From Candidatus Erginobacter occultus (GTDB lineage: Bacteria > Auribacterota > Erginobacteria > Erginobacterales > Erginobacteraceae), in assembly GCA_030765265.1 (NCBI GenBank), contig JAVCCZ010000190.1, positions 1-58,219 on the forward strand: DNA of 58,219 nucleotides. The letters are read 5' to 3'. The first letter of the stretch is position 1. Every line of letters starts with the position of its first letter. Of this stretch, positions 41,030 through 50,196 are shown piece after piece. The notes under the pieces were generated by a model, which was not told where the DNA came from, did no database searches, and saw only the letters and a list, made by a program, of their open reading frames with translations. A program made the translations under genes and the position numbers.

Positions 41030-42202
41030 ATGCTTATGAAACCGAGAGAGATCGTGAGCGGGGTGAAGTGGATGGGGGTGATCGACTGGCACCGGCAGCT
41101 CTTTGACGCCCTGATCCCGCTCCCCGACGGGACCAGCTACAACTCCTACCTGGTCGAGGGGAGCGAAAAGACCGCCCTGATCGATACCGTCGACCCCCCC
41201 TTCGTCGGCGAACTGCTGGAAAACCTCTCCGGGGTGAAGAAGCTCGACTACATCGTCGCCAACCACGCCGAGCAGGACCACTCCGGGTCGCTCCCCGAAT
41301 TCCTGGCCCGCTGGCCGGAGGCGAAGGTGGTCTGCTCGGAGAAGTGCCGGGGGATGCTGATCGACCTCCTGGCCCTCCCCGAGGACCGCTTCCTGACCGT
41401 GGCCGACGGGGAGACCCTTTCGCTCGGCGACCGGACGCTGCGATTCATCTTCACCCCCTGGGTCCACTGGCCGGAGACGATCTCCACTTACCTGGAAGAG
41501 GAGAAGATCCTCTTCTCCTGCGACTTCTTCGGTTCCCACCTCGCCACCACCGACCTCTACGCCACCGACTGGTGCCGGATCCACGAGGCGGCCAAGCGCT
41601 ACTACGGCGAGATTATGATGCCCTTCCGGATGATCATCGGAAAGAACCTGGAGAAGATCAAGGACCTGGAGATGGAGCTGATCTGCCCCAGCCACGGCCC
41701 GATCTACGACCGGCCGGAGCTGATCGTCAAGGCTTACCGGGACTGGGTCTCTGGCCCCTTGAAGAAGTCGGTGGTCCTCCCCTTCGTCTCGATGCACGGC
41801 TCCACCGCGAAGATGACCGATCACCTCCTGACCGCCCTGGTCGAGCGGGGGCTCTCCGTCCATCCCTTCGATTTGACCGTGGCCGATCCCGGGAAGCTGG
41901 TGATCGCCCTGGTCGACGCCTCCGCCCTCGCCCTGGGGACCCCGACCGTGCTCGCCGGGCCCCACCCCCTGGCGGCCAACGCCGCCGTGCTGGTCAACGC
42001 GCTCAAGCCCCGGCTGGAGTGCGCGGCGATCTTCGGTTCCTACGGCTGGGGCGGCAAGACGGTGGAGACGCTCACCTCCCTGCTCGCCAACCTCAAGGCC
42101 GAGATGCTCGAACCGGTGCTCGGCAAAGGCCTCCCCGGCCCGGAAGACTTCTCCGCTCTCGACCGGATGGCGGAAGAACTGGCCGGGCGGATCAACGGCT
42201 GA
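41030..42202 (+). CDS. fprA: Flavodiiron protein (FprA, class A; O2/NO reductase)
   Basis: GTSYNSYL, NHAEQDHSG, HWPET, FSCDFFG and PSHGP, then flavodoxin SMHGST and FGSYGWGG. Confidence 0.93.
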   Translation: MLMKPREIVSGVKWMGVIDWHRQLFDALIPLPDGTSYNSYLVEGSEKTALIDTVDPPFVGELLENLSGVKKLDYIVANHAEQDHSGSLPEFLARWPEAKVVCSEKCRGMLIDLLALPEDRFLTVADGETLSLGDRTLRFIFTPWVHWPETISTYLEEEKILFSCDFFGSHLATTDLYATDWCRIHEAAKRYYGEIMMPFRMIIGKNLEKIKDLEMELICPSHGPIYDRPELIVKAYRDWVSGPLKKSVVLPFVSMHGSTAKMTDHLLTALVERGLSVHPFDLTVADPGKLVIALVDASALALGTPTVLAGPHPLAANAAVLVNALKPRLECAAIFGSYGWGGKTVETLTSLLANLKAEMLEPVLGKGLPGPEDFSALDRMAEELAGRING

Positions 42203-42232
42203 TTCCGGCCCGCCTCCGCCGGGACCGCCCCT

Positions 42233-44026
42233 ATGGACAGGAAGATCTTAATTATCTTCTTCGCCGCCCTGCTCGCCGCCGGGGGTCCGGCCCGGGGGGA
42301 GCGGGTCGAACCCTACTCGGTCTCCATCCACCTCCACGGGGAGAAGACCGACCGCCTGGAAGGGCTCCTCCGGGACGTCTCCACCGCCGCCGCCCACCGC
42401 GATACCCCCCCGCCCTCCTTCACCCTCCTGGAGGCGATCGCCCGCGACGATGCGAAAAAGATGAAGAAGATCCTCAGGGCGGAGAGTTTCTACACCGCCG
42501 CGATCGAGATCGATCTCAAGGACCGGGACCGCTCCCCCCGGCTCTACTTTTCCGTCACCACCGGCCCCCCCTTCCTGATCGGGGCGGTCAAGGTCGAGAT
42601 CGCCGGTCCGCCTCTCCCGCCCGATCTTCTCCCGCCCGGCCAGGTGGAGATCCTCCTCCCCCCCGGGTCCCGGGGAACCTCGACCGCGATCCTGAACGCC
42701 GAAACCGCCATCCTCAACTACTTCCGCCGCCGGGGCTACCCCGCCGTCAAGACGGCCGGCCGGGAGGTGGTGGTGGATTACGCCGCCAATTCGGTCTCCG
42801 TCACCTACCGGGTCGAGCCCGGTCCCCGCTGCCGCTTTGCCGCCACGAAATTTATCGGGCTCGAGGAGGTCCGGGAGAAGTTCGTCCGCCGCCAGATCCC
42901 CTACCGGCCCGGCCGGATCTACAGCCCGGTCCTGGTCCAGACCCTCCGCAACCGGCTGGCCCGGACCGGCCTCTTCACCACCTTATTGATCTCCACCGAG
43001 GAAGCTGGCGAGCCGGAAGGGGAGGGGGATCCCCTCCAGCCCCTCGACGTCCTGGTCACCCTCCGGGAGCGGGACCCGAACACCGTCGGCCTCGAGGCCG
43101 GCTACAGCACCGACATCGGTTTCGGGGGCGCCGTCTCCTGGGAGGATCGCAACCTCTTCGGCCGGGGGGAGCTCTTCCGGCTCCGGGTCTTCGGGAGCGA
43201 GGAACTCTACTACGCTGAGGGTCTCTTCCGGATCCCGACCTTTCTCCACCCCGACCAGTCCCTGAGCCTGACCATCCAGCCGGTCTACGACCGGCCGAAA
43301 GCCTACGACAGCGACCGGATCCGGGCTTCGGCCGTCCTCCGCCGGGAGTTCGGCGACACCTTTGTCTTCTCCGCCGGGACCGCCCTGACCTTCGACCGGG
43401 TCGAGCAGTTCAACGATCAGCGGGAATTCTACCTCTTCTCCATCCCGCTCAACGTCCAGCTCAAGGTCGGGGGGGACCAGCCCTTCCGCCGGGCGGGGGC
43501 GCTCTTCCTCTTCCAGGCTGAGCCCTACTTCGATATCCAGCGCGATACCTCCTTCATCAAGACGATGGCCACCGGGAACTTTCTCTGCCGCCTCCCCGGC
43601 CTCGACTTTCTCACCGCCCTGGCCCGGGTCACCGTGGGGAGCATCCGGGAGGCCGACCTGGAGGAGGTCCCGGCCGACCTCCGGTTTTACGCCGGCGGGG
43701 CCAACTCGATCCGGGGTTACTCCTACCAGATGGTCGGCCCGCTGGTCGGCCGGGACCCGGTGGGGGGCCTCTCCCTCTTCACCACCAGCTTCGAGCTCAA
43801 CTGCCAGGTGATCGGGGACTTCGGCGTCGCCGCCTTTCTCGACGGTGGCGCGGCCTTTGCCGAGCGCCAGCCCAGCTGGGGGGACGAGATCCGCTGGGGG
43901 GCCGGTCCGGGGCTGCGCTACTTCACCCCGATCGGCCCGATCGGCCTCGACGTCGGCTTCCCGATTGAGCCCCGGGAGGTCGACAGCGATTTCCAGGTCT
44001 ATGTCAGTATCGCCCAAATATACTAA
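42233..44026 (+). CDS. tamA: TamA-like Omp85 outer-membrane protein
   Basis: Signal peptide, POTRA-like region, NLFGRGE, RFYAGGANSIRGY and GLRYFTPIGPI; upstream of tamB. Confidence 0.88.
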   Translation: MDRKILIIFFAALLAAGGPARGERVEPYSVSIHLHGEKTDRLEGLLRDVSTAAAHRDTPPPSFTLLEAIARDDAKKMKKILRAESFYTAAIEIDLKDRDRSPRLYFSVTTGPPFLIGAVKVEIAGPPLPPDLLPPGQVEILLPPGSRGTSTAILNAETAILNYFRRRGYPAVKTAGREVVVDYAANSVSVTYRVEPGPRCRFAATKFIGLEEVREKFVRRQIPYRPGRIYSPVLVQTLRNRLARTGLFTTLLISTEEAGEPEGEGDPLQPLDVLVTLRERDPNTVGLEAGYSTDIGFGGAVSWEDRNLFGRGELFRLRVFGSEELYYAEGLFRIPTFLHPDQSLSLTIQPVYDRPKAYDSDRIRASAVLRREFGDTFVFSAGTALTFDRVEQFNDQREFYLFSIPLNVQLKVGGDQPFRRAGALFLFQAEPYFDIQRDTSFIKTMATGNFLCRLPGLDFLTALARVTVGSIREADLEEVPADLRFYAGGANSIRGYSYQMVGPLVGRDPVGGLSLFTTSFELNCQVIGDFGVAAFLDGGAAFAERQPSWGDEIRWGAGPGLRYFTPIGPIGLDVGFPIEPREVDSDFQVYVSIAQIY

Positions 44027-44038
44027 GTCCCAGAATAT

Positions 44039-44077
44039 TTTAATCGCTATCGGGATCGCTATCGGGATCGCTATCGA
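44039..44077 (+). repeat. 39-bp direct repeat copy 1, built from ATCGCTATCGGG units
   Basis: TTTAATCGCTATCGGGATCGCTATCGGGATCGCTATCGA is identical to 46947-46985. Confidence 0.92.
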
Positions 44078-44140
44078 TTCCGGCCAGTACGAGTACGGAA
44101 TGGCGCTCTTGATCGTTACCGGATTTCAAGCCTGAAACAG

Positions 44141-46924
44141 ATGAAAGAGCAAAAAACCAGATCCCTGCCCGTCCGGATTATCCGGCGCGTAATCAAGTAC
44201 GCCGTCCGGCTGGTGCTGGCGGTGATTATTTTATCCGCGGTCATCCTGGCGACGATCCAGACCCCGCCCGGGAAGAGGCTCCTGGCCCGGGCTTTGACCC
44301 GGATCGCCTCCACCCCGGAGACGACCATCCGCTTCGGCCGGATCTCCGGGATCCTCCCCTTCCGGGTCCGGCTAAGCGAGCTCCGGCTCGGCGACCCCGA
44401 GGGCGACTGGATGGTGATCGAGGACTCCCGGGTCCGTCTCGACCCCTTCGAGCTCCTCTCCCTGCGCCTCCACGCCACCAGCGTGACGGTGGAACGGGTC
44501 ACCTGGTACCGGATCCCGGAGGCCGGAGAAGAAGACGACTCCGGGGACGAGGAACAATCGAGCTTCACCCCGGCCGAGATCCCCTCCCTGACCGTCGACC
44601 GGCTGACGGTGAAGAAGGCGACGGCGGCCGAGTCGCTGGTCGGCCGCCGGGTCGAAGTTTCGCTGGAGGGCGAGGTTTCCAACAGCGTCTCTCTCGGCCC
44701 CCGGGCCCAGCTGCGCCTCGCCCCCCTCTGGCGGGAAGGCGAGGTGATGACCGTCTCCGCCAACTCGGCCGCCGATCTCTCCCGCCTGGAAGTCGAGCTG
44801 AAACTCGATGAAGCCGGGGGAGGGGAGCTGGGCGGATTTTTCTTTCCCGGCGATCCCGGCCCGCTCGCCTTCCGGTTCCGGGCCGAGGGACCCTGGGAGG
44901 GGGTGAAGACCGAACTCTCCCTGGGGCTCCCGGACCGGCTCGAGGTGAAGGGGGATTTAACCCTCGATCTCTCCCGGATCCTCCTCGAGGGGGAATTGAC
45001 CGCCTCCGTCGGTCGGCCGCCATTTCCCGGCTGGGCCGGCCGCGGCGATCTCTCCGCCCGTTTCACCGTCGAGGACGGGGGCCAGAACCTCTCCGCCCGG
45101 ATTGAGGGCCGGGACCTGGCCTGCCCGATCATTGGCTTGGAGCGGTTCCGGGTCGAGGCCGAACTGGCCGATCTCTTCCGGGCCGTCCGGGGAGAGGTCA
45201 ACCTGCAAGCCGCCGCCGCGTCCCTCCCCACGCCGGAAGACGATCCCGATCCCGGCGACCTCTTCGGCGAGGTGACCGGCCGGCTCGTCCTCCATAACGG
45301 GGGCCGGGCCCCGGGGGCCGACCTCGAGCTCCAGATCCGGGGGTACACCATCCCCGGGCTCCTTCTCCAGCCGGGGGAGATCCGGGTCCTCGATCTGACC
45401 GGCCGGCTGGGGGCCGACCGGCTGGAGTTGACAGTTCAAGGGACGGGGGAGCGGGGATTCCGCCTCGAGTCCCGCCTCTCGGCCGCCTCCCGCCTCCCGG
45501 CCGGCCTCTTCTCGGTCGAGTTCCCCGAAGACGGGGATCTGAAAGGTTCCCTCTCCGCGGGGATCGACCTCTCCTTTCTCAACAACTACCTCGCCCTTAC
45601 CCGGCAGACCCTGGGGGGCCGGGCGGAGATTGAGTTCGGACTCGGCGGTACCTGGTCCCGGCCCGTTCCCCGGGGCCGGATCGCCATCTCCGGGGGGGAA
45701 TACCAGAATCTCAACACCGGGACCGTCCTCCACGACCTGACCGGAAGGCTGGAGGTCGAGGAGGACCGGCTGGTCCTGGAGGAACTCACCGCCCGAACCC
45801 CCCGGCCCTCCCGGCCCCTTTTCTTCAGCTGGACCAGGTTCATCCCCGGGATCCGGTTCACTCCCCTGGCCGACCAGGACCGGGAGATCACCAAATCGGG
45901 CCGGATCTCCCTGACCGGCTCCACCCGGCTCTCCCCGGCCGAAGGCTACCCCTCCTCCTACACCCTGCTCCTCGAAGACGCCCTCCTGGCGGATATGGAG
46001 CTGGTCACCGCCATCGTGGCCGGGAAGATCGAATTTCAAGGCTCCCTAAAAGAGAGCCGCCTGGCCGGGAAGCTGCGGCTCCGCCGCCTTGAGGGGAGGA
46101 TCCCCACCCGGGTGGCGTCCTCCGTCCCCGAGATCGAGGTGACCGAGATCAATAAGCCGGGCGAGGAAGCGCCCCGGCCGCCGACCCGCCCCGAGCCCTT
46201 CCTCGAGAAGATGGCCCTCGACCTGAAGCTGACCGCGCCGAATAACGTGGTTGTCCAGGGCCGGGGCCTCGACTCGGAGTGGAAGGCCGATATCTCGGTC
46301 TCCGGCACCGCCGCCGCCCCCGAGATCCGCGGTGGCCTGACCCTGCTCTCCGGGATCTTTATCTTTATGGGGGAGGAGATGACGCTCGGGGACTGTACCG
46401 TGATGATGGACGGCGAGTATCCCCCCGTCCCCCAGCTGAAGATCAACGCCCGGATCGTCAAGCCCGATATCGTGATGGACCTCCAGGTGGTCGGCCCGGT
46501 CACCAAGCCCGAGGTTTTGATCTCCTCCCAGCCCCCCTACCCGAACGACGAGATCCTCGCCCGCCTCCTCTTTGGCCGGCCCGCCTCCCAGCTCTCCGGC
46601 CTCCAGGCGCTGCAGATCGCCAACGGCCTGCGGACCCTCCAGGGTCAGGCCGGCTTCTTCGACCTCCTGACCAGCTGGACCTCCTTTCTCGGCAACATCC
46701 AGGTCGACTTCACCGACCTCGAGGGGACCGAGGACCAGACCGCGGTCCGGGTCCGCTGGTCTTTAAGCCGCAACTTCTACATCGAGAACCAGCGCTCGAT
46801 CGAATCCCCCAACAACCTCTTCCTCGCCCGCTGGGAGATCATCCGCAACTTCCAGCTCCGGGTCCAGTCCGGCTACGGCATCCTCGGCGACTCCGCCTTC
46901 CTCCACTGGCAGATGGACTATTAA
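44141..46924 (+). CDS. tamB: TamB-like translocation/assembly module protein
   Basis: N-terminal anchor ..QTPPGK, beta-rich body, and C-terminal VQGRGLDSEW and SSQPPYPNDEILARLLFG. Confidence 0.85.
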   Translation: MKEQKTRSLPVRIIRRVIKYAVRLVLAVIILSAVILATIQTPPGKRLLARALTRIASTPETTIRFGRISGILPFRVRLSELRLGDPEGDWMVIEDSRVRLDPFELLSLRLHATSVTVERVTWYRIPEAGEEDDSGDEEQSSFTPAEIPSLTVDRLTVKKATAAESLVGRRVEVSLEGEVSNSVSLGPRAQLRLAPLWREGEVMTVSANSAADLSRLEVELKLDEAGGGELGGFFFPGDPGPLAFRFRAEGPWEGVKTELSLGLPDRLEVKGDLTLDLSRILLEGELTASVGRPPFPGWAGRGDLSARFTVEDGGQNLSARIEGRDLACPIIGLERFRVEAELADLFRAVRGEVNLQAAAASLPTPEDDPDPGDLFGEVTGRLVLHNGGRAPGADLELQIRGYTIPGLLLQPGEIRVLDLTGRLGADRLELTVQGTGERGFRLESRLSAASRLPAGLFSVEFPEDGDLKGSLSAGIDLSFLNNYLALTRQTLGGRAEIEFGLGGTWSRPVPRGRIAISGGEYQNLNTGTVLHDLTGRLEVEEDRLVLEELTARTPRPSRPLFFSWTRFIPGIRFTPLADQDREITKSGRISLTGSTRLSPAEGYPSSYTLLLEDALLADMELVTAIVAGKIEFQGSLKESRLAGKLRLRRLEGRIPTRVASSVPEIEVTEINKPGEEAPRPPTRPEPFLEKMALDLKLTAPNNVVVQGRGLDSEWKADISVSGTAAAPEIRGGLTLLSGIFIFMGEEMTLGDCTVMMDGEYPPVPQLKINARIVKPDIVMDLQVVGPVTKPEVLISSQPPYPNDEILARLLFGRPASQLSGLQALQIANGLRTLQGQAGFFDLLTSWTSFLGNIQVDFTDLEGTEDQTAVRVRWSLSRNFYIENQRSIESPNNLFLARWEIIRNFQLRVQSGYGILGDSAFLHWQMDY

Positions 46925-46946
46925 TCCCCGATTCAGTTCGCCCCCC

Positions 46947-46985
46947 TTTAATCGCTATCGGGATCGCTATCGGGATCGCTATCGA
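46947..46985 (+). repeat. 39-bp direct repeat copy 2
   Basis: Identical to 44039-44077. Confidence 0.92.
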
Positions 46986-47075
46986 AGCCCGGGGAAAATC
47001 CCGTTGTTTCCCGGGGTGGTGGTGATATAATGCCTGAATCAAGCGGCTCAATTACATAACCAGGAGATCAGCCCG

Positions 47076-47879
47076 ATGAAGATTCCGCCCCCGGTCAAGG
47101 TATCCCAGGATAAAGTCACCTTCGATGTCAGCGAAATCGAGCCCATCCTCCAGGGCCCGGCGCTGGACGTGAAGCCCTTCGCCCCCCGCTCGGTGGTCTT
47201 GACCAACCGGGCCGGCGAGAAGAAGACGATGGTGATCCGCCCGGCCCGGCGGGAGGAGGCCCCGGCCCTGCTCAAGTACATCTCCGCGGAATTCCTCGGA
47301 GCCGAGGACCTCGACGAAGTTCCCGACTTCTACGACATCGTCGGGGCCCGGGTCTACGCCGAGATCCTCGGCTGGTACCGTTCCCGGCTGAAAGACCCCT
47401 ACAACCTTCTCGGGCTCTGCGGTGGGGAGCTGACCGGGTTCGCCAACGGGCGCCTGATGAACGAGGAGATCAACATCAGCCTCCACACCCTGGCCTTCGA
47501 TCGCGGTTTCCGGGCCGGGGCGGCGATGTACTACGCCAAGTGCCAGTACTGCTTCGAGGACCTCGGCCAGGAGGAGTTCTGGTCGACCTTCGAGAGCTAC
47601 AACGGCTGGAAGCGCTGGGGGGTGGGGATGGCCCAGCCTACCTACCCCTGGCCCGACCTCCAGCACGAGCTCGGCGGCGGGCGGGTCTACTACCTGACCC
47701 GGAAGTACTGGGAATCAACCGTCCGCGAATACCTGGCCGAAAATTACGGGATCCGGATCGAGCGGGAAGTCTCCCCGGAACTGCTGGCGGAGAATCAGGG
47801 CCTGGGCTTCCCCCGCCCCCCGGAACCGGAACCCGTCCCGGAACCGGCCCCGGCCCCGGGACCATCTCCGCCTCGGTGA
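47076..47879 (+). CDS. Uncharacterised protein, probable GNAT-like fold, with a Pro-rich tail
   Basis: AGGAG RBS and TGnTATAAT upstream. MVIRPARREEAPAL and GELTGFANG resemble GNAT strands. Function not recognised. Confidence 0.6.
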   Translation: MKIPPPVKVSQDKVTFDVSEIEPILQGPALDVKPFAPRSVVLTNRAGEKKTMVIRPARREEAPALLKYISAEFLGAEDLDEVPDFYDIVGARVYAEILGWYRSRLKDPYNLLGLCGGELTGFANGRLMNEEINISLHTLAFDRGFRAGAAMYYAKCQYCFEDLGQEEFWSTFESYNGWKRWGVGMAQPTYPWPDLQHELGGGRVYYLTRKYWESTVREYLAENYGIRIEREVSPELLAENQGLGFPRPPEPEPVPEPAPAPGPSPPR

Positions 47880-48115
47880 TCGTCGGCCAGCGCCACGACA
47901 TCCCCAGCGCCTGTCTCATCGTCCTGGCCGCGGTGGCCGCGACCGTGCTGACGATGCTCGCGCTGAAATTGATCCACGACTACGTCCGCCCCCGCCGCGA
48001 GCCCCTGATCCAGCGTTATATCGAGATCGCCGGCCGGGTCACCGCCCTCTTCATCGGCACCGTCTCGGTGGAGATGATTATGCGCGGCATCCGGATCTGG
48101 GTGGGGAAATTCTGA
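47852..48115 (+). pseudogene. C-terminal half of a MarC-family membrane protein
   Basis: GPGTISASV..hydrophobic helix..IAGRVTALFIGTVSVEMIMRGI matches the MarC second half. There is no N-terminal half or start codon. Confidence 0.75.
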
Positions 48116-48160
48116 TCCCCACTCCCCGCCTTCCCCGGCCCGGGGGAGGGGAAATTTTTC

Positions 48161-48212
48161 TTGACCCCGCTCCCGTCACCGCCTATTATAGTAATCATTA
48201 TCATTATTAATA
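48161..48212 (+). promoter_or_regulatory. Sigma70 promoter overlapped by a Fur/PerR-like box
   Basis: TTGACC-17 bp-TATTAT. The minus strand reads AATAATGATAATGATTACT, 15/19 matches to GATAATGATAATCATTATC. Confidence 0.72.
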
Positions 48213-48261
48213 AGATGCCCCCCGGAAGGAACCGGCGGGGCCAACCGCAAGGAGGTTGAAG

Positions 48262-48999
48262 ATGGAAACCGTCAGCGAAAAATTCGGCACCCCGATGCCC
48301 CGGATCGGGGATCAGGCCCCGTCCTTCAAGGCCGTCACCACCCAGGGGGATATCGACTTTCCCAAGCAGTACGCCGGGAAGTGGATCATCCTCTTCAGCC
48401 ACCCGGCCGACTTTACCCCGGTCTGCACCTCGGAGTTTATGACCTTCGCCTCGATGGCCAAAGACTTCGAACGGGCCAACTGCCAGCTGGTCGGCCTCTC
48501 GGTCGACGGGCTCTACAGCCACATCGCCTGGCTGCGGACGATCAAGGAGAAGATCGAGTACCGGGGGATGAAGAACGTCGAGGTCAAGTTCCCCCTGATC
48601 GAGGACATCAAGATGGATGTCTCCTCCCTCTACGGGATGATCCAGCCGGGCGAGAGCTCGACCAAGGCGGTCCGGGCGGTCTTTTACATCGACCCCAAGG
48701 GGACCATCCGGACCATCCTTTACTATCCGCTCTCCACCGGCCGCAACTTTGAAGAAATCTACCGGGTCCTGATTGCCCTCCAGACCGCCGACGCCTTCTC
48801 CGTCGCCACCCCGGCCGACTGGCGCCCGGGCGACGAGGTGATCGTCCCCCCGCCCGGTTCCTGCGGCGTGGCCAAGGATCGGATGGCGGGCGGCAAGGGG
48901 ATCAAGTGTTACGACTGGTTCTTCTGCACGAAGAAGATCACCAAGCAGAAGATCTTCGACACCATCCAGAAGAAGAAAAAAACCCGGAAGAAAAAGTAG
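48262..48999 (+). CDS. Peroxiredoxin (Prx6/archaeal TDXH-like)
   Basis: FSHPADFTPVCTSE, YYPLSTGRN, TPADW and C-terminal CYDWFFC. Confidence 0.93.
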   Translation: METVSEKFGTPMPRIGDQAPSFKAVTTQGDIDFPKQYAGKWIILFSHPADFTPVCTSEFMTFASMAKDFERANCQLVGLSVDGLYSHIAWLRTIKEKIEYRGMKNVEVKFPLIEDIKMDVSSLYGMIQPGESSTKAVRAVFYIDPKGTIRTILYYPLSTGRNFEEIYRVLIALQTADAFSVATPADWRPGDEVIVPPPGSCGVAKDRMAGGKGIKCYDWFFCTKKITKQKIFDTIQKKKKTRKKK

Positions 49000-49170
49000 T
49001 CGCCCCGCCCCCGGCCCTTCTCCTGCAGGGAGAGGGGCCGGCGGTTGCTCTGCTCTTCCGGGAGTTGGGGCAAAAAAACTTGGCCGGAGGAGAAAAAGCA
49101 GGGTATAATATATACACCGGCGGCTTTCCGGATAACCCGGCCGCCGCCGGCATAACGGAGCACAGAGAAG

Positions 49171-50085
49171 ATGATGAAAGCGGGTTTAATCGTACATTCG
49201 GGACCGGGCCGCGTTTTTTCGTTCCTGGCCCTGGGGGTATTTCTTTGCGCCGCCGCCCCGGCGGCGGAGCCGGTCGTCCCCGTCTCCTCGGGGACCAGCC
49301 TGACCATCTTCGAGCAGACCGGGGGGATATTTGAAACCACCTTCGCCGTCGCCGAAATCCTCGACGGGGGCCGCGAGTTCCTGACTTCCGCCGGGGAGAA
49401 GTACACCGTCGTCTCCGACGGCGACTACCTGACCGTTTCCTGCCTCCACGACCGGTCGCTCTCCGAGGGAGCACCGGAAGCCGAGGCCGGCCGGACCGTA
49501 CCCACGGAGCTGGTCTTCCCCGAGCTCCGGGGACATTCCGTGGGCAACAATATCGTCGCCGTCCGGCTCGACGGGAACCCCGACTATCCTCTGGGCCTCT
49601 GGGCCTCTATGGTCGTCGATTACTCCCTCGGTGGCCGCGGCCTCGCCGCTTCCCGTTTCAACGCCCTCGGGGATCCCTTGGCCCCGGGACCCTGGGGTGA
49701 ACGCCATTACACCGTACTCGGGACCGGCCCCAGCGCGATTACCCTGGGCTTTTCCCCCCTGATCGTTGCCGCGGCCGGGATCCTCGATACCCCGGACTGG
49801 AATGACGACCTGGCCCTCTATATCCGGCTGCCGGAAGGTTACTCCCCCGCCGGGATCGACTTTTACTCGCTGGAACTGGTCCGGGTGGCCGGGGTTGAGA
49901 CCGCGATCCGGCCGCTGGGCTGGTGGAATCTCGAAGATTATGCCGGCGGCCTTGTCCTCCGGATCGAGTTCAGCCGGGCCGGGATCGAACCCTACCTCCT
50001 CCCCGGCGACAATCTCCTCCTCCTCCGGGGCAGCCTGGACGGCGGCGACCCCCTCGAGGCCCGGGTAATCCTTCCCCTCGAGTAA
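49171..50085 (+). CDS. Hypothetical exported protein
   Basis: Signal-like FLALGVFLCAAAPAA, GC3-biased codons and upstream TATAAT. No family recognised. Confidence 0.7.
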   Translation: MMKAGLIVHSGPGRVFSFLALGVFLCAAAPAAEPVVPVSSGTSLTIFEQTGGIFETTFAVAEILDGGREFLTSAGEKYTVVSDGDYLTVSCLHDRSLSEGAPEAEAGRTVPTELVFPELRGHSVGNNIVAVRLDGNPDYPLGLWASMVVDYSLGGRGLAASRFNALGDPLAPGPWGERHYTVLGTGPSAITLGFSPLIVAAAGILDTPDWNDDLALYIRLPEGYSPAGIDFYSLELVRVAGVETAIRPLGWWNLEDYAGGLVLRIEFSRAGIEPYLLPGDNLLLLRGSLDGGDPLEARVILPLE

Positions 50086-50196
50086 CCCTTCCTCCGGTCC
50101 GTCTCCGCTGCCCCCCCGGCCGCCGTCAATCTCTTCGGGATGGTTTCCAACCTTGCCTTCGGCGGATATCGATATATACTGACCGATTACTTCCTT

